Shown here one piece after another: positions 28,830 to 39,762 of a DNA stretch of 64,000 nucleotides. The stretch spans positions 480,001 through 544,000 of the forward strand of contig CBDBGZ010000009.1 in the NCBI GenBank assembly GCA_965205425.1, read 5' to 3'. Both the position numbers and the translations under genes were made by a program. Source of the stretch: Nitrosopumilus sp. Its GTDB lineage: Archaea > Thermoproteota > Nitrososphaeria > Nitrososphaerales > Nitrosopumilaceae. Within the stretch, counting starts at the first letter, position 1. The number at the start of each line of letters is the position of its first letter. The notes beneath the pieces were generated by a model. That model ran no database searches, was not told the DNA's origin, and saw nothing but the letters and a program-made list of their open reading frames with translations.

Positions 28830-29418
28830 ATCCAATTACTCCATTATCATTTGCATTAAACTTCGGCGGCATGATGAATACTAAACCATCTGAATCAATA
28901 TCTAAAGTTAATTTTGGTAATGTGTTTGATGGTGCAGCTTGTACTGATGCGGGACCAACAAAAGCAGTTCCAGTGATTGGATCATACATACTACCATGAC
29001 AAGGACATTCACCTCTTTTCCTCCCATCATCAGGCCAATATTTCCAAAGACACCAAAGATGTAAACAAATCATACTATAAGCTCGTAAAGAAGTTATATC
29101 GTTTTTTCCTCCACCTAATTCTTCAGGAAGTCTAATGAACTGCCATTTACGAAATGCTTCTGCATCAAGTGCAGCATCACCAGTTGCAGGATATGTAATA
29201 ACTTCAGCATTATTAATGGGATAAGTATTGATATTTGCTTGAGTGCCATCGGGCAAAATTACTGGGACTCTTTCAAGAGATGCCTGATTTGGATTTGGCA
29301 TGAAATTACCAAATGGGACAAACGGAGTAAATGCTAATCCTGTGCCTGCTGCACCCATTAATTTTAGAAAGTCTCTTCGGGATAATCCGCCAGACTTTTT
29401 TGTCCCCAACTCTGACAT
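28813..29418 (-). CDS. petC: Rieske [2Fe-2S] protein with Tat signal
   Basis: SRRDFLK, CLHLWC and CPCHGS. Confidence 0.93.
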   Translation of the reverse strand: MSELGTKKSGGLSRRDFLKLMGAAGTGLAFTPFVPFGNFMPNPNQASLERVPVILPDGTQANINTYPINNAEVITYPATGDAALDAEAFRKWQFIRLPEELGGGKNDITSLRAYSMICLHLWCLWKYWPDDGRKRGECPCHGSMYDPITGTAFVGPASVQAAPSNTLPKLTLDIDSDGLVFIMPPKFNANDNGVIGYGRFA

Positions 29419-29460
29419 TCAGCTATCGTACTCGCCAAATTGCTTATAAACCTATTTCAG

Positions 29461-32400
29461 TCATTTAGGAGGTTTTTGTCTGATGATAAAAATGAAGACA
29501 ATTCCGATCGCAATTCCAATGATTATTCCAATTCCCATACCAAGATTGAATGTAAAATCAGTAAGTGAATTTACAGAACCATTTGATTGATTAATTGTTT
29601 CAGTTTTAGTTTCAGAATTGTCTGAAACATGTGAAATTGGTTCAATCTCCATAGATTGCTTTTCAATTTTTTCAATCATTTCTGGAGAAATGTTTGTAAA
29701 CTTTGCGGAAAGTGTAATCGGTTCAGTAGTTGAAGAACCTCCAAATAAAGTTGAATGTGTTAAAAGGGTGTATGTTCCAGTTTGATTAATTGGAACATAG
29801 AGTACAGTTGATGTATCATCCTTATTTTTTACTGGGAAAAATCCACCACCTTGACTAAAAATAGAATTTCCAAGCCAATCAAGTGAAGCCCATCCTAGAA
29901 AATGACCAAAGATTCCTGAGGGAACATTAGTTTGTACTATTTGTCCAGATGGATCCATTACAAATATAGACAGATTAGTATCATCACTATTCCAAGATAA
30001 TTCTATTGCGGCAGAATTGATGGATTCATTTTGAATATCAAAATAATATTGGCGCCAATCACCAGCCATATATCGGTTAACCATATCAAATGCACCTTTT
30101 GTGTATCCATTTCCATAAAGAATATCATCAGTTTGTATTCCTTTAATCAAAATGGTAGAATCATCTTCAACTATTTGTTGTTTGATTACAAAAGATACTG
30201 GAGCATTAACTGTATGTATATCACTTTCAAAAGTTAAAAATCCTTGATATACACCTGTTTGATAATCATTTGGAGTTACTAATGTTACATCAACTGTAGA
30301 TGATTTTTTTGGAGGAACATAGATTGTTTCAGATTCTAACCATAGTAAAGGCCATTTGTCTTTCTCATAGTAGCTAGCAGAAATTGTATAGTCCATTGAA
30401 GTTGAATTTTGTTTTGTATCACCTAACCAATAAGAAAATTTTGTTGGTACTGGATATACACCAACCAAAGGAATACCTTCAAATTTTTCAGCAGGTTCTG
30501 AAACCCTTAATTCTTGAACAGTTCCCCATGAACCAGCTCTATTTACCATAGATAATTCATCACTAGCAATTTTTGTGTCATTATCATTGTCAATCCAATC
30601 ATATAGATACAAAGATGAAATTTGAAGATCATCTGCATAAACATCAGAAGTGTTATTCATGAAATTATCAAATAGAAAATTCACGTTGAGTATCATTAAT
30701 GATGATTCCTCAGGTATAGGATTTTTGTCATTGAAAAATTTCCCAAGATCATTTTCGTTTCCTAATTCAGACAATTTCACATAGTTTGGAATAAAAGTAT
30801 CAGTTTTGTTTAAAATAGAATCTTGTTGTCGAACAATTGTTGTTCCATTAAATTGAGTTTTTGTAATTAATGACAAAGTTTGTGGTGTTACATCAATCGT
30901 AAGAGTGTCATTAGTTGGATTTTCAATTGTAAAAGTTGTTGTAGTTCTATCTCCAGGAAGTAATTGTCCTCCAAACCAGCTAGTCATAGGAAATGAGTGT
31001 GTAGGTAGTTGAAAATTCTCAAATCCAACGGATGTGGAATTGAATTGTTCAATGGCAGGATCAAGAATTTTTTTGATATTATTATATGACTCATCATTAT
31101 GTACTATGAAAACTCCGTTTTCACCATGAACATAATCTAAAGCTGATTCAATGTTTGCTAAACCAGAACCCTGAGTGAATGGATCATTATTTAGATCAGT
31201 TGCAGTTGACATTAAGATATTTTTAATAGAAAATGAATCATATTCTTGAGATTGTTTTTTCATTTCTTCAATTAACACTGCTGCGCTACCAGAAACTATA
31301 GGTGCTGCCATACTTGTTCCGCCAAACAATGTAAAGGATTCATCTTTAGAATCTTTTTGAGTTTTTAAAACATTTGAAGGTGTAAATCCGTGAGCTCCAA
31401 TACTCATAACATCAGGTTTAGGATCTCCAATGGAACTAGGTCCTCTACTAGAAAAATCAACTACATGATTATAATGGGTAATTGTATTTCCAAACCTGGG
31501 TTGATCTTTGAATGAACCATACCCAACAAAAACATTATTTGTTGTAGCGCCAACAGAGATTCCAAAAGGAGAAGCATTTGGTAATCCAATTGTTCCATAT
31601 CCATGACCAGAATTTCCAGCACTAGAAATTATTGTCACACCTGGATAATCATCATCTAATGAATTTGGTGTTGACAAAACACTAAGAACTAATGATAACA
31701 CATCTAATCCCGGTGATGCTTTAAATGAAGGGAAATTTGAAACCCCCCAACTATTAGAAATTATATCAACACGAGGTTTACCAGAAAATTTCCATTCGTG
31801 ATCTTGATTTTCAAATCCTGCAGACCATAGCCATCCATAAACGGTATCACCAAACCACAATGCCTTTACTGGAATGATTTTAGCATCAGGAGCTACACCA
31901 GTTATGAAATGTTTTTTTGAATCATTGTAAATATCGTAAGGTACATGCCCACGAGAAGTAATTGATGCAGCACTAGAAGTACCATGTCCCATAAAATCAG
32001 TCATCAATCCAAAAAATGCACCATTAGGATCTAATGCAGGAAGTAGTGTTCCATTAATTGCATTTAATGAATCATCAATGTTTGTATAGTTATTTTCAAT
32101 AACTCCATAAACATCTAAAACCCGTGCACCAAAAGTTCCCGCACTATAATCATTTTTTCCATCATCATTAGAATCAAAAACCAGAAACTCATTTCCACTA
32201 CCTAATACAATTGGTTTTTCATCAGTAAAATCAAAATCATAGTTTGGTTCTTCTCCAGGTTTTAAATCAAATCTAGTGTAATCCTTCCATGAAGTACTAA
32301 GATCTGGAATTAGTGTATCGTACACTCCAGGTTGAAATGAGTCAACTAAAAGTACGGGTACAACTTGAATTCTTGCATATGGACCTTGTAAACCACCTTG

Positions 32401-33258
32401 ATATATCACACCAACGTGGTACACACCGCTTTTTGATTTAATATAATTTCTATTGTCATCTCCAATTTTCATGTCATTTGATAATGTACCATTGAAAATG
32501 ACTGCGTTTCCAATCTGTGGAAAAAATGAATTGTAAATTGGAATTTTACTTCCTTTTCCATCTTGAGATAAATCAAGAAATACACCATCTCTTGAAACAT
32601 ATGCAGATGATGTCATGTGTGAAGGAATCGGTTTACTGTAATTTCTAATAATTTCATTGTCATCAATGTATGCAAAAAAAGTTGCATTGGTTAGAATAAT
32701 TCCCTGTCCATCAGGATCAAGCATTATTGGATGATTGATTTTATCACGTGCAAGAGAATGTTGAATGTCAGGATTTGAAAAATCAACTCCAGTATCTACA
32801 ATTGCAATAACAGTGCCATTTCCAGATGCATTATATTTCGTTTTAGCTAAACTAGAACCAGTAATTTCACCAATTCTTGATGCATCTTGAAATTCTTCAT
32901 TTGAATTATGAAAATCTAATTTGAAATCTTCAATCACATGATAACCTTGAGAAATTAGATTAGATGCAGATTTTTCAGAAAGCACAGAAACTGAAAAAAA
33001 ACCAGCATCAGATTGAATTTGATACAATGAGTTGAGTTTTAAAGAATCATTTTCAGATAAATTATTTCCAAAAATTAAATACCGTTTGAAATCATTTTCA
33101 CTAAAGAAATTTGAATCAACATCAATGATATCTGAATTAAAAATTAGTGGATTTTGAATATCATCCTCATAAATTGATTCTTTTGGAACAAATCCATATG
33201 AATTTGTTAATGTGGATGAAAATAAAATTATGACAAAGAAAATAGCCGCTTTGGGCAT
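29461..33258 (-). CDS. Large membrane-anchored subtilisin-like (S8) serine protease
   Basis: Catalytic motifs IVDTGVD, GHGT, SAGNSG and GGTSMAAP, with a signal peptide and a C-terminal TM. Confidence 0.92.
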   Translation of the reverse strand: MPKAAIFFVIILFSSTLTNSYGFVPKESIYEDDIQNPLIFNSDIIDVDSNFFSENDFKRYLIFGNNLSENDSLKLNSLYQIQSDAGFFSVSVLSEKSASNLISQGYHVIEDFKLDFHNSNEEFQDASRIGEITGSSLAKTKYNASGNGTVIAIVDTGVDFSNPDIQHSLARDKINHPIMLDPDGQGIILTNATFFAYIDDNEIIRNYSKPIPSHMTSSAYVSRDGVFLDLSQDGKGSKIPIYNSFFPQIGNAVIFNGTLSNDMKIGDDNRNYIKSKSGVYHVGVIYQGGLQGPYARIQVVPVLLVDSFQPGVYDTLIPDLSTSWKDYTRFDLKPGEEPNYDFDFTDEKPIVLGSGNEFLVFDSNDDGKNDYSAGTFGARVLDVYGVIENNYTNIDDSLNAINGTLLPALDPNGAFFGLMTDFMGHGTSSAASITSRGHVPYDIYNDSKKHFITGVAPDAKIIPVKALWFGDTVYGWLWSAGFENQDHEWKFSGKPRVDIISNSWGVSNFPSFKASPGLDVLSLVLSVLSTPNSLDDDYPGVTIISSAGNSGHGYGTIGLPNASPFGISVGATTNNVFVGYGSFKDQPRFGNTITHYNHVVDFSSRGPSSIGDPKPDVMSIGAHGFTPSNVLKTQKDSKDESFTLFGGTSMAAPIVSGSAAVLIEEMKKQSQEYDSFSIKNILMSTATDLNNDPFTQGSGLANIESALDYVHGENGVFIVHNDESYNNIKKILDPAIEQFNSTSVGFENFQLPTHSFPMTSWFGGQLLPGDRTTTTFTIENPTNDTLTIDVTPQTLSLITKTQFNGTTIVRQQDSILNKTDTFIPNYVKLSELGNENDLGKFFNDKNPIPEESSLMILNVNFLFDNFMNNTSDVYADDLQISSLYLYDWIDNDNDTKIASDELSMVNRAGSWGTVQELRVSEPAEKFEGIPLVGVYPVPTKFSYWLGDTKQNSTSMDYTISASYYEKDKWPLLWLESETIYVPPKKSSTVDVTLVTPNDYQTGVYQGFLTFESDIHTVNAPVSFVIKQQIVEDDSTILIKGIQTDDILYGNGYTKGAFDMVNRYMAGDWRQYYFDIQNESINSAAIELSWNSDDTNLSIFVMDPSGQIVQTNVPSGIFGHFLGWASLDWLGNSIFSQGGGFFPVKNKDDTSTVLYVPINQTGTYTLLTHSTLFGGSSTTEPITLSAKFTNISPEMIEKIEKQSMEIEPISHVSDNSETKTETINQSNGSVNSLTDFTFNLGMGIGIIIGIAIGIVFIFIIRQKPPK

Positions 33259-33289
33259 TAATTAAATTGAGTTTATTGTATTATTATAA

Positions 33290-34285
33290 CTATCTTCCTC
33301 GTGCAAGAATAGCAATTTGTAATGCAACAATAATTCCTATAGATGCAATAATTGGAAATAGTAATGAGTTGAGTTGCGATGATGCTTCACTGATGAATTC
33401 AACAGAATTGGTAATTGTTCCTGTACTTTCATCAATTTTGTTACTTGCTATCTCCAATGTGGAATCAAATCCTGCAATTTCAGACTTTAATGTATCGAGT
33501 TCATCAGAGGTGTTCTTTAAAATAGAATTTAATTTGATTATTTGTTCAGAAATTCCCCCTAGATCTTGACTTAGAACATTTGTTGCTGCAGAACCATGAG
33601 ATGTGGTTCCTTGACTAAATGCAACTACATGAAATACATGGGTTCCTTCTTCAATTGGGGTATAATCTACATAATACAATCCTTGATGTAATGTCTTAAA
33701 TGAATTAGATAGCGGTACAGAAATTCCCGAAGGTAAATGAACATGAGTAGTACCCAATAATTCAGAGGGTTGATTTCCAATTAAAAGACCATCACTAGTT
33801 GTTTGGACAAATACCCGTATTGGTTGACTTATTGCTGCAGTTTCAGGAGCAAAAACCAAAGTGTTTACAAATCTTTCAACAGTTACATCAAGCAATTCAG
33901 TTGTAGATGAAAATTTTACATCTGTTGTTTTAGATATGCCTTGCTGCGTACTAATTAATTTGACAGTGTATGTTCCATAAGGGAAATTTGATGATGGTTC
34001 TGGCCAAGTTAATAAATTAAAATTAAAAGAACCAGTCTCATCAGTAGTTATTTGATGAAATTTTGCAATTGTTTCATCTGGTGCAAATAATTGTATTGCC
34101 AGATTTTCTTCAGGTAATCCTTGACCATAAATTTGTAAACTATGTGCAGGGGCATAGACTTTGCTGTTTGTAGATAGTTCAAGTCCTGTAAAAGGTTCAT
34201 AAGAATCTGCTTGTTGTGAAAAAGAATCAGTGACGTTTACAAGTAAAAAAACAATCAAAACAGAAAATAAAATTTGAAATTTCAT
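33290..34285 (-). CDS. Secreted protein with coiled-coil stalk and C-terminal TM anchor (putative S-layer anchor)
   Basis: Signal peptide, beta-rich domains, a heptad-like ISEQIIKLNSILKN... segment, and a terminal TM ending ARGR. Confidence 0.7.
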   Translation of the reverse strand: MKFQILFSVLIVFLLVNVTDSFSQQADSYEPFTGLELSTNSKVYAPAHSLQIYGQGLPEENLAIQLFAPDETIAKFHQITTDETGSFNFNLLTWPEPSSNFPYGTYTVKLISTQQGISKTTDVKFSSTTELLDVTVERFVNTLVFAPETAAISQPIRVFVQTTSDGLLIGNQPSELLGTTHVHLPSGISVPLSNSFKTLHQGLYYVDYTPIEEGTHVFHVVAFSQGTTSHGSAATNVLSQDLGGISEQIIKLNSILKNTSDELDTLKSEIAGFDSTLEIASNKIDESTGTITNSVEFISEASSQLNSLLFPIIASIGIIVALQIAILARGR

Positions 34286-34359
34286 TTTAACTAATTGTCA
34301 ATGTTCTCCTAGATATTACTTGTGAAAAAATTGTGCATAACTTACGTTAAGAGGTATTC

Positions 34360-34374
34360 AAAAAAAAGAAAAAA
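34360..34374 (-). terminator. Oligo-T terminator downstream of the S-layer gene
   Basis: Minus-strand T-tract ~12 bp after the stop codon. Confidence 0.6.
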
Positions 34375-34386
34375 GGGTAATTTGAA

Positions 34387-37300
34387 CTAGTTTACGCTTA
34401 CAGTTGTAGTAACTGGTGGTGATAATGCCGTTGGATTATCGACAGATTCCCATACAAATGCAGTTGCTGTGTAAGTTCCTGCGTCTGTTGGAATCCATGA
34501 TAATGCTGGGCTGAATGATTGACCAGCAGATAGTGAACCTGTAATCCATGCTAGTGAGACTGTAACACCGTTACCATCTTGAATCTGTACCAAGTATGCG
34601 AATGATTGCTCTCTATCTTGACCATTTGCTAAGTCAGCGCTGATTTGCACCTGTTGATCAACAGAAACAGCATCTAAGCTGTTACCGAAGGCATCAACTG
34701 TTCTCAAGTTAGCAGCTGGTGCTCTCTCGAGAGGTGGTACAACAGTACCGATTAGTGAAGTGGCAGTGATATCAAGTTCATCTGCAGTTGTGTACGGATC
34801 TGGTAATGTATTGTCCTCATATTCTGCGGTGACAGTGTCACCTTCTGCGACTCTGAGTCTGTGACCAGATGATTCGTCAGTAATTGTAAAGAATACAGTA
34901 CCTTCGAAAATTCCGGTTGCCTCATTAGTCTCAGTTACAGTAAGGTCAATACCTCCGGCATCGGAGTCAGACCACACATCGACATCGAAGTTGTCGACTG
35001 CTTCTGGATTTAAGTTCATGTCTGGATCAATTATTCTTACAACACCTGTTCCGCTTGCTGGATAACTGGCTTCTAACCATTGTACTTCACCGATGTTCCA
35101 TCTGACAAGTGCTGAACCGACTACAGTTTCATCCTCTGAGAATTCAAAGGAGACTGTAATACCGTCATCGTCATCAGTTGGTAGCAGTCCATCAGTTGGA
35201 CCTGCGCCATCAGCAGAAATTGCACCTGAAGCATCGCCTTCAGTACCATCGCCATCTGCATCATGTGATGTAAATCCAGTAAGGATTACTTCGCCTGTGA
35301 AGATGCCTGTGTCGGTTCCAGTTTCAACGAGTTTATAGTTATCAAGGTCGAATCCTCTTGTTGAGACCTTTATTGGGTCATCACCAGAATCTCCTACCTC
35401 GTCAACTAGATCACCGTCAAAGTTGTGATCTGGAGCGACTACGGTAATGTAGACTTTGTCAGTCCAAGTGTATACTTTTTGGTCGAGCTCGACAGTTGCA
35501 CCGAAGTTTGATGTGAAGACTGTGATGTTTACATCTTCATCTTCATCACCTACATAATCTGAACCGGATGGACCCCAATCAGTGTACTCTAAGATGATTT
35601 CTTCGCCTCTTTCAAGGTTGTCTCCATCTAAAGCATCAGGAATCTCGATAACAATCTGGAAGATACCAGTACTGTCACCTGTTTCTCTGAAATCTGTTGG
35701 TTCTGGGTCAAATGCTGCAGTAACTGAACCATTAGTGGCTTCATCGCCCATGGTAGTAGTTTCTGCATCAGAGTCCCATTCAATTAAGTCCAAGTCATAA
35801 GTCTCAGCACTATCATTGTCTAGATCGAAGTCTGGCTCAATGAGTGTTAAGATCATGTCAGAACCGATAATGTATACGGATTTGTCGGATTGTAATACAC
35901 CGTTTCTTAGGTCAAAGGTAGCAGAATCAGTTACGGTGTTAACATCACCAGATGCATCAGCTGGGTCTGTGTATTCTACTTGGAGAATATCTCCTTGTAG
36001 GATACAGAAGTCCTCACCTGAATAATTGGCTGCTACATCGAATCTATCTTCTGTGTTACCTAAAGCATCATTATCGTTGTCTTCTAATTCCTCATAAATT
36101 GAACTATTTGGACAAGTTGAGCTTGCTGGACCGTCAGTGAATTTTACAGTTATATCAGCTTCGTAAATACCTGCATCTGGTGCGATTTCATTAATCGGAC
36201 CAAAGTTTCTAATATCACCAGGGGTGGTATTATCAGCACCGACATCGATTAATCCTGATACTGCAGTTGAACCTGCATATCCGAGGATTACCTCATCAGA
36301 ACCTCTTATTACGGAGATTTTGACTGGGCCGAAACCGGTTGTTGATGGTTGGTCGATTGAATCTTCACCAGATGGGTTTACGTCAAAGTCTGGATCATTT
36401 ACTCTTACGTGAATAGTTAGATCTCCACTTGGCAATTCTTCCTGTTTACCTGCTGCATTATCTATATTCCCGTCAATTCCAGTTTCGTGGATTGGGAATA
36501 CAGATCTGCCTGCTGGTGCTGCGGAGGCTGCTAAGTCAGATTCAGCTACGGTACCAAATGGTACTGGGTAGACTGTTCTGTCAAGACTTACTGAACCGGT
36601 GTTAGCGCGGACACCTGCAGAATCGCCGACTTCGACGATTTCACCTGAGGCATCTCTAAAGTCAACATAGTTGACTTCAATGTCTAGACCGGTTGTTGTT
36701 ATAATAGCTGTGGTGTCAGTGACAGCACAATATTGTGCTGGGATTTGGAAGTCGCCTATAAATACACCGGTTTCTGCACCTGTTTCAATTAGAGAAAATC
36801 CAGTTGCTGCAAGTCCAGTATCGGTAATATCTGCGGATTTGAAGTCCGCATTACAGTCACTATCAGCGTTAGGAGTTGACCAAATGGCATCATCAAATGT
36901 AACATCTAATAATCTACCAAGTTCACCGAAACTCAATGATTGAGTTTCGACAGAACCAACGGTATCATATGTAGGTACTCCGCTATCAGTAACTACAGTA
37001 AAGATGTCAGTAAGATCAGAGTCTACGTTTAGATCCAAGTCTTCTAGAGTAATAATTACAGTGTCAGCGATCTTGTAAGAGTCTTGATTTAGTGATACAA
37101 CGCCAGAGTGGCTTGGAGCTTCTTCTTGATCAGATACTGGAGTGACTACACCGTCTGAACCTAGGTCTGCATATGAGACTCTTGGTGCATCTTCGTCAGT
37201 TAGATCCTCAATTACAATGAATGAAGGATCATCTGCGATTGGTGTGATACCTGCAAAGGTACGAACGTCCTGTATGTTAAGCTGGTTAACCATGACATAT

Positions 37301-39546
37301 TCAAGTGAACCTTCAAAGGTACTTGTGTTGTCACCTGATTCTTCAGCTTCAATTCTGATAATTTGGTTTGCAAATCTTTCAGAAGATTGCACACCATCAT
37401 CAGTGAAACCGAATGAGAAGAAGTCAGCTACAATAGCTTCTCTATCATCAATACCTGTGACACCATTCATTAGACCTTGACTAGCTGCTTGTGTTCCATC
37501 ATAATCAAATTCAACCAAGAGGCCGAGGTTTTGATTATCTGGATCATATGCATCTGAATCAACGGTAAATAATGCGGCGTCAAGGTCATCTAATGTTACG
37601 TATCCTTGTCCTGTTCCATTTGCTACAAGAGTTACAGCATTGGCGGTTGCGCCAGCTTGTGCTGAATATCCTGGAGTTTCAGATAGAATAGAACTGGTTT
37701 GGTTCAGTAAGAATATACTTACTTCACTTGCACCAAAGGATTCTACATTATAATTGAAGAAGTTGAATGCGACACCGTCGTTGTCAACTGGATCTGGATT
37801 ATTGTTAATTGAATCTCGTAGTTCGGTCATGGTTGTATCAAGATCTACTACGACAATACCAATTTCTGTATCGTCGTTGGCGGTTTGTGAGAGAATTAAT
37901 CTTTCACTGAAATCGTCAACCTCTCCAGTTGATGATGCATTTGTAATGGCAGTTGGTGATAATGTACCTAAGGTGAAGACACTTGTTGAACCAACTGCTA
38001 AATTACCTTCAACACTTGAAGCACCTACGCTTCTAGTAGAGTTGAAAATGTTAACTGTTGGAGTATCAGTTCCTTCGCCAATGGTAAACGGATCACCAGT
38101 GCTTAATGCTGGAATGAGTGTTACATCTGTATTGTCTAAATCTAAGTCTTCATCAACTCTGCTGTTTTTGTTTTGATCACCGTCAACGACGATTACTGGA
38201 ATCTCTTCACCAGAGCTCCATTCATCATCAACTGGTACGATGTCAATACTTGCAAAGTCGAATCCCACAAGAACAGTTATGGGTGTTTCATTATAATCAA
38301 CAGATGCCGAGGTTCCCCTATTTGCATCAGTTGTTATTTTTAGTACTGATAAATCAGATTCATCATATGTACCAAAGACACCACTGTTTGGACCTTGTTC
38401 GGTAATTGTTACAGGAACGGATCCAGTACCTAATTGATTTGTTGCAGCTGACACACCAAATGCTGTTGCATCGTCTGGTGTTGAACCTGCATCAAGTTGG
38501 TCTAGCATGGAATCACCGTTATCCTGGATGGTTAGCACTGGGGCTGTTGAGCCTTGCACGTTAGTATCAATAAGCAAATTACAGTTATCTTCACACATTA
38601 GTGCGGATAATGAATTTGAAATATTGATTGCTGCACCACCGGACTCACCGTTTTCATCGAATACTTGGTAATGCGGACCAACAGATATACTGTTGTCTGC
38701 GTTTGTACCAAATGTCCAAGAGTCCTCATCAGTTGGGTCAATGTTTAACCACAAGTCAGTAATTGTTGCATGGACTTGTGCTCCATTTGGATAGACAGCT
38801 CTATCTAAACTTGAACCAGCAAATTGATCAACAGTATCAAAAGTTAATGTGGTTGATTGAGCACCACCACCTTTGTTGTACTGTACGACAACATTACCAG
38901 TTGGGTTTAGTTCATAGAGTTGGATAATTGGATAGTATGTTGGATCCATACCAATTTGTCCACTTACGCCTGTTCCATTCGAGATATCTTTTGCTTCTCT
39001 TACTACATTGTTAGCATTGGTTGCACCACTTGCGTGAGCTAGTGTACCACATGCTTCAGGAGTTTCAGTACCATCAACACCAACACCGGCATCGTTTACG
39101 GCGATTGCAATGGTTTCGGTAAAATCGACAGTACCTGTATTAGAACCAACTGTAGTATGTGAGTTACAGAAAGTACCAAAGTCTAAACCATCAGTATCAG
39201 TAGTTGTTGTACTGTCTGCGATTTGGGCTTGGGTAACATCTGCAAAGTAACCATACCAGTTACCGTCAACAGCTTGAACCATTCTCAGATCCTTACCATT
39301 AACAGTGACGTCTGGTTCACCTTTTGCCTCATCTGTATCATTGATATCTGAATCAATTATGACTACCTCAATTACTTGAGGACCTGACATGTAATTGTCA
39401 AACTGTGAGTTTTCTGCGGAAACAAATAGGTTTGCGTTGGCTGCAAATGCTGGTTCCATTCCTGGAATTGCAAATGTCATACCACCGGCAAACATAATTG
39501 TCATTAATGTAAGACTAGTTATTTTACGTCCTATTTCGTTATTCAT
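34387..39546 (-). CDS. Major S-layer protein (thaumarchaeal SlaA/NmSLP-type)
   Basis: 1719 aa and very acidic. Signal peptide MNNEIGRKITSLTLM...AFA, repeated Ig-like units with ETGxxTGxF, and the C-terminal LAWITGSL...FVWES. Codon usage is richer in C-ending codons than in neighbouring genes. Confidence 0.88.
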   Translation of the reverse strand: MNNEIGRKITSLTLMTIMFAGGMTFAIPGMEPAFAANANLFVSAENSQFDNYMSGPQVIEVVIIDSDINDTDEAKGEPDVTVNGKDLRMVQAVDGNWYGYFADVTQAQIADSTTTTDTDGLDFGTFCNSHTTVGSNTGTVDFTETIAIAVNDAGVGVDGTETPEACGTLAHASGATNANNVVREAKDISNGTGVSGQIGMDPTYYPIIQLYELNPTGNVVVQYNKGGGAQSTTLTFDTVDQFAGSSLDRAVYPNGAQVHATITDLWLNIDPTDEDSWTFGTNADNSISVGPHYQVFDENGESGGAAINISNSLSALMCEDNCNLLIDTNVQGSTAPVLTIQDNGDSMLDQLDAGSTPDDATAFGVSAATNQLGTGSVPVTITEQGPNSGVFGTYDESDLSVLKITTDANRGTSASVDYNETPITVLVGFDFASIDIVPVDDEWSSGEEIPVIVVDGDQNKNSRVDEDLDLDNTDVTLIPALSTGDPFTIGEGTDTPTVNIFNSTRSVGASSVEGNLAVGSTSVFTLGTLSPTAITNASSTGEVDDFSERLILSQTANDDTEIGIVVVDLDTTMTELRDSINNNPDPVDNDGVAFNFFNYNVESFGASEVSIFLLNQTSSILSETPGYSAQAGATANAVTLVANGTGQGYVTLDDLDAALFTVDSDAYDPDNQNLGLLVEFDYDGTQAASQGLMNGVTGIDDREAIVADFFSFGFTDDGVQSSERFANQIIRIEAEESGDNTSTFEGSLEYVMVNQLNIQDVRTFAGITPIADDPSFIVIEDLTDEDAPRVSYADLGSDGVVTPVSDQEEAPSHSGVVSLNQDSYKIADTVIITLEDLDLNVDSDLTDIFTVVTDSGVPTYDTVGSVETQSLSFGELGRLLDVTFDDAIWSTPNADSDCNADFKSADITDTGLAATGFSLIETGAETGVFIGDFQIPAQYCAVTDTTAIITTTGLDIEVNYVDFRDASGEIVEVGDSAGVRANTGSVSLDRTVYPVPFGTVAESDLAASAAPAGRSVFPIHETGIDGNIDNAAGKQEELPSGDLTIHVRVNDPDFDVNPSGEDSIDQPSTTGFGPVKISVIRGSDEVILGYAGSTAVSGLIDVGADNTTPGDIRNFGPINEIAPDAGIYEADITVKFTDGPASSTCPNSSIYEELEDNDNDALGNTEDRFDVAANYSGEDFCILQGDILQVEYTDPADASGDVNTVTDSATFDLRNGVLQSDKSVYIIGSDMILTLIEPDFDLDNDSAETYDLDLIEWDSDAETTTMGDEATNGSVTAAFDPEPTDFRETGDSTGIFQIVIEIPDALDGDNLERGEEIILEYTDWGPSGSDYVGDEDEDVNITVFTSNFGATVELDQKVYTWTDKVYITVVAPDHNFDGDLVDEVGDSGDDPIKVSTRGFDLDNYKLVETGTDTGIFTGEVILTGFTSHDADGDGTEGDASGAISADGAGPTDGLLPTDDDDGITVSFEFSEDETVVGSALVRWNIGEVQWLEASYPASGTGVVRIIDPDMNLNPEAVDNFDVDVWSDSDAGGIDLTVTETNEATGIFEGTVFFTITDESSGHRLRVAEGDTVTAEYEDNTLPDPYTTADELDITATSLIGTVVPPLERAPAANLRTVDAFGNSLDAVSVDQQVQISADLANGQDREQSFAYLVQIQDGNGVTVSLAWITGSLSAGQSFSPALSWIPTDAGTYTATAFVWESVDNPTALSPPVTTTVSVN

Positions 39547-39573
39547 GTTATTGATAATTTTCTTAAAAATTAG

Positions 39574-39601
39574 TATAAAAGTCTAATGGACAAATTGTCC
39601 A
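39574..39601 (-). promoter_or_regulatory. S-layer gene TATA box with adjacent palindrome TGGACAA-A-TTGTCCA
   Basis: CTTTTATA ~28 nt before the ATG (near-leaderless). The palindrome with 7-bp arms is at 39587-39601. Confidence 0.6.
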
Positions 39602-39762
39602 CAATTATCACATTTTTTATAAATATTTTAGTAAAAATCAAACATTATTGTAATTTCTAGATAGTTTGATCATAATAATCATAGTTTACCTCATTAAACA
39701 GTAAATGATCGACAGATTTTTGATGTTTTATGTATGATTTATGAAATTTTTGTAGCCTATTT

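Noticed and set aside
35093..39586. Many antisense ORFs over the S-layer gene, and similar ones over hemA, his, guaB, TSP3 and IS genes
   Set aside because: These are shadow frames caused by codon bias of the real genes and show no motifs.
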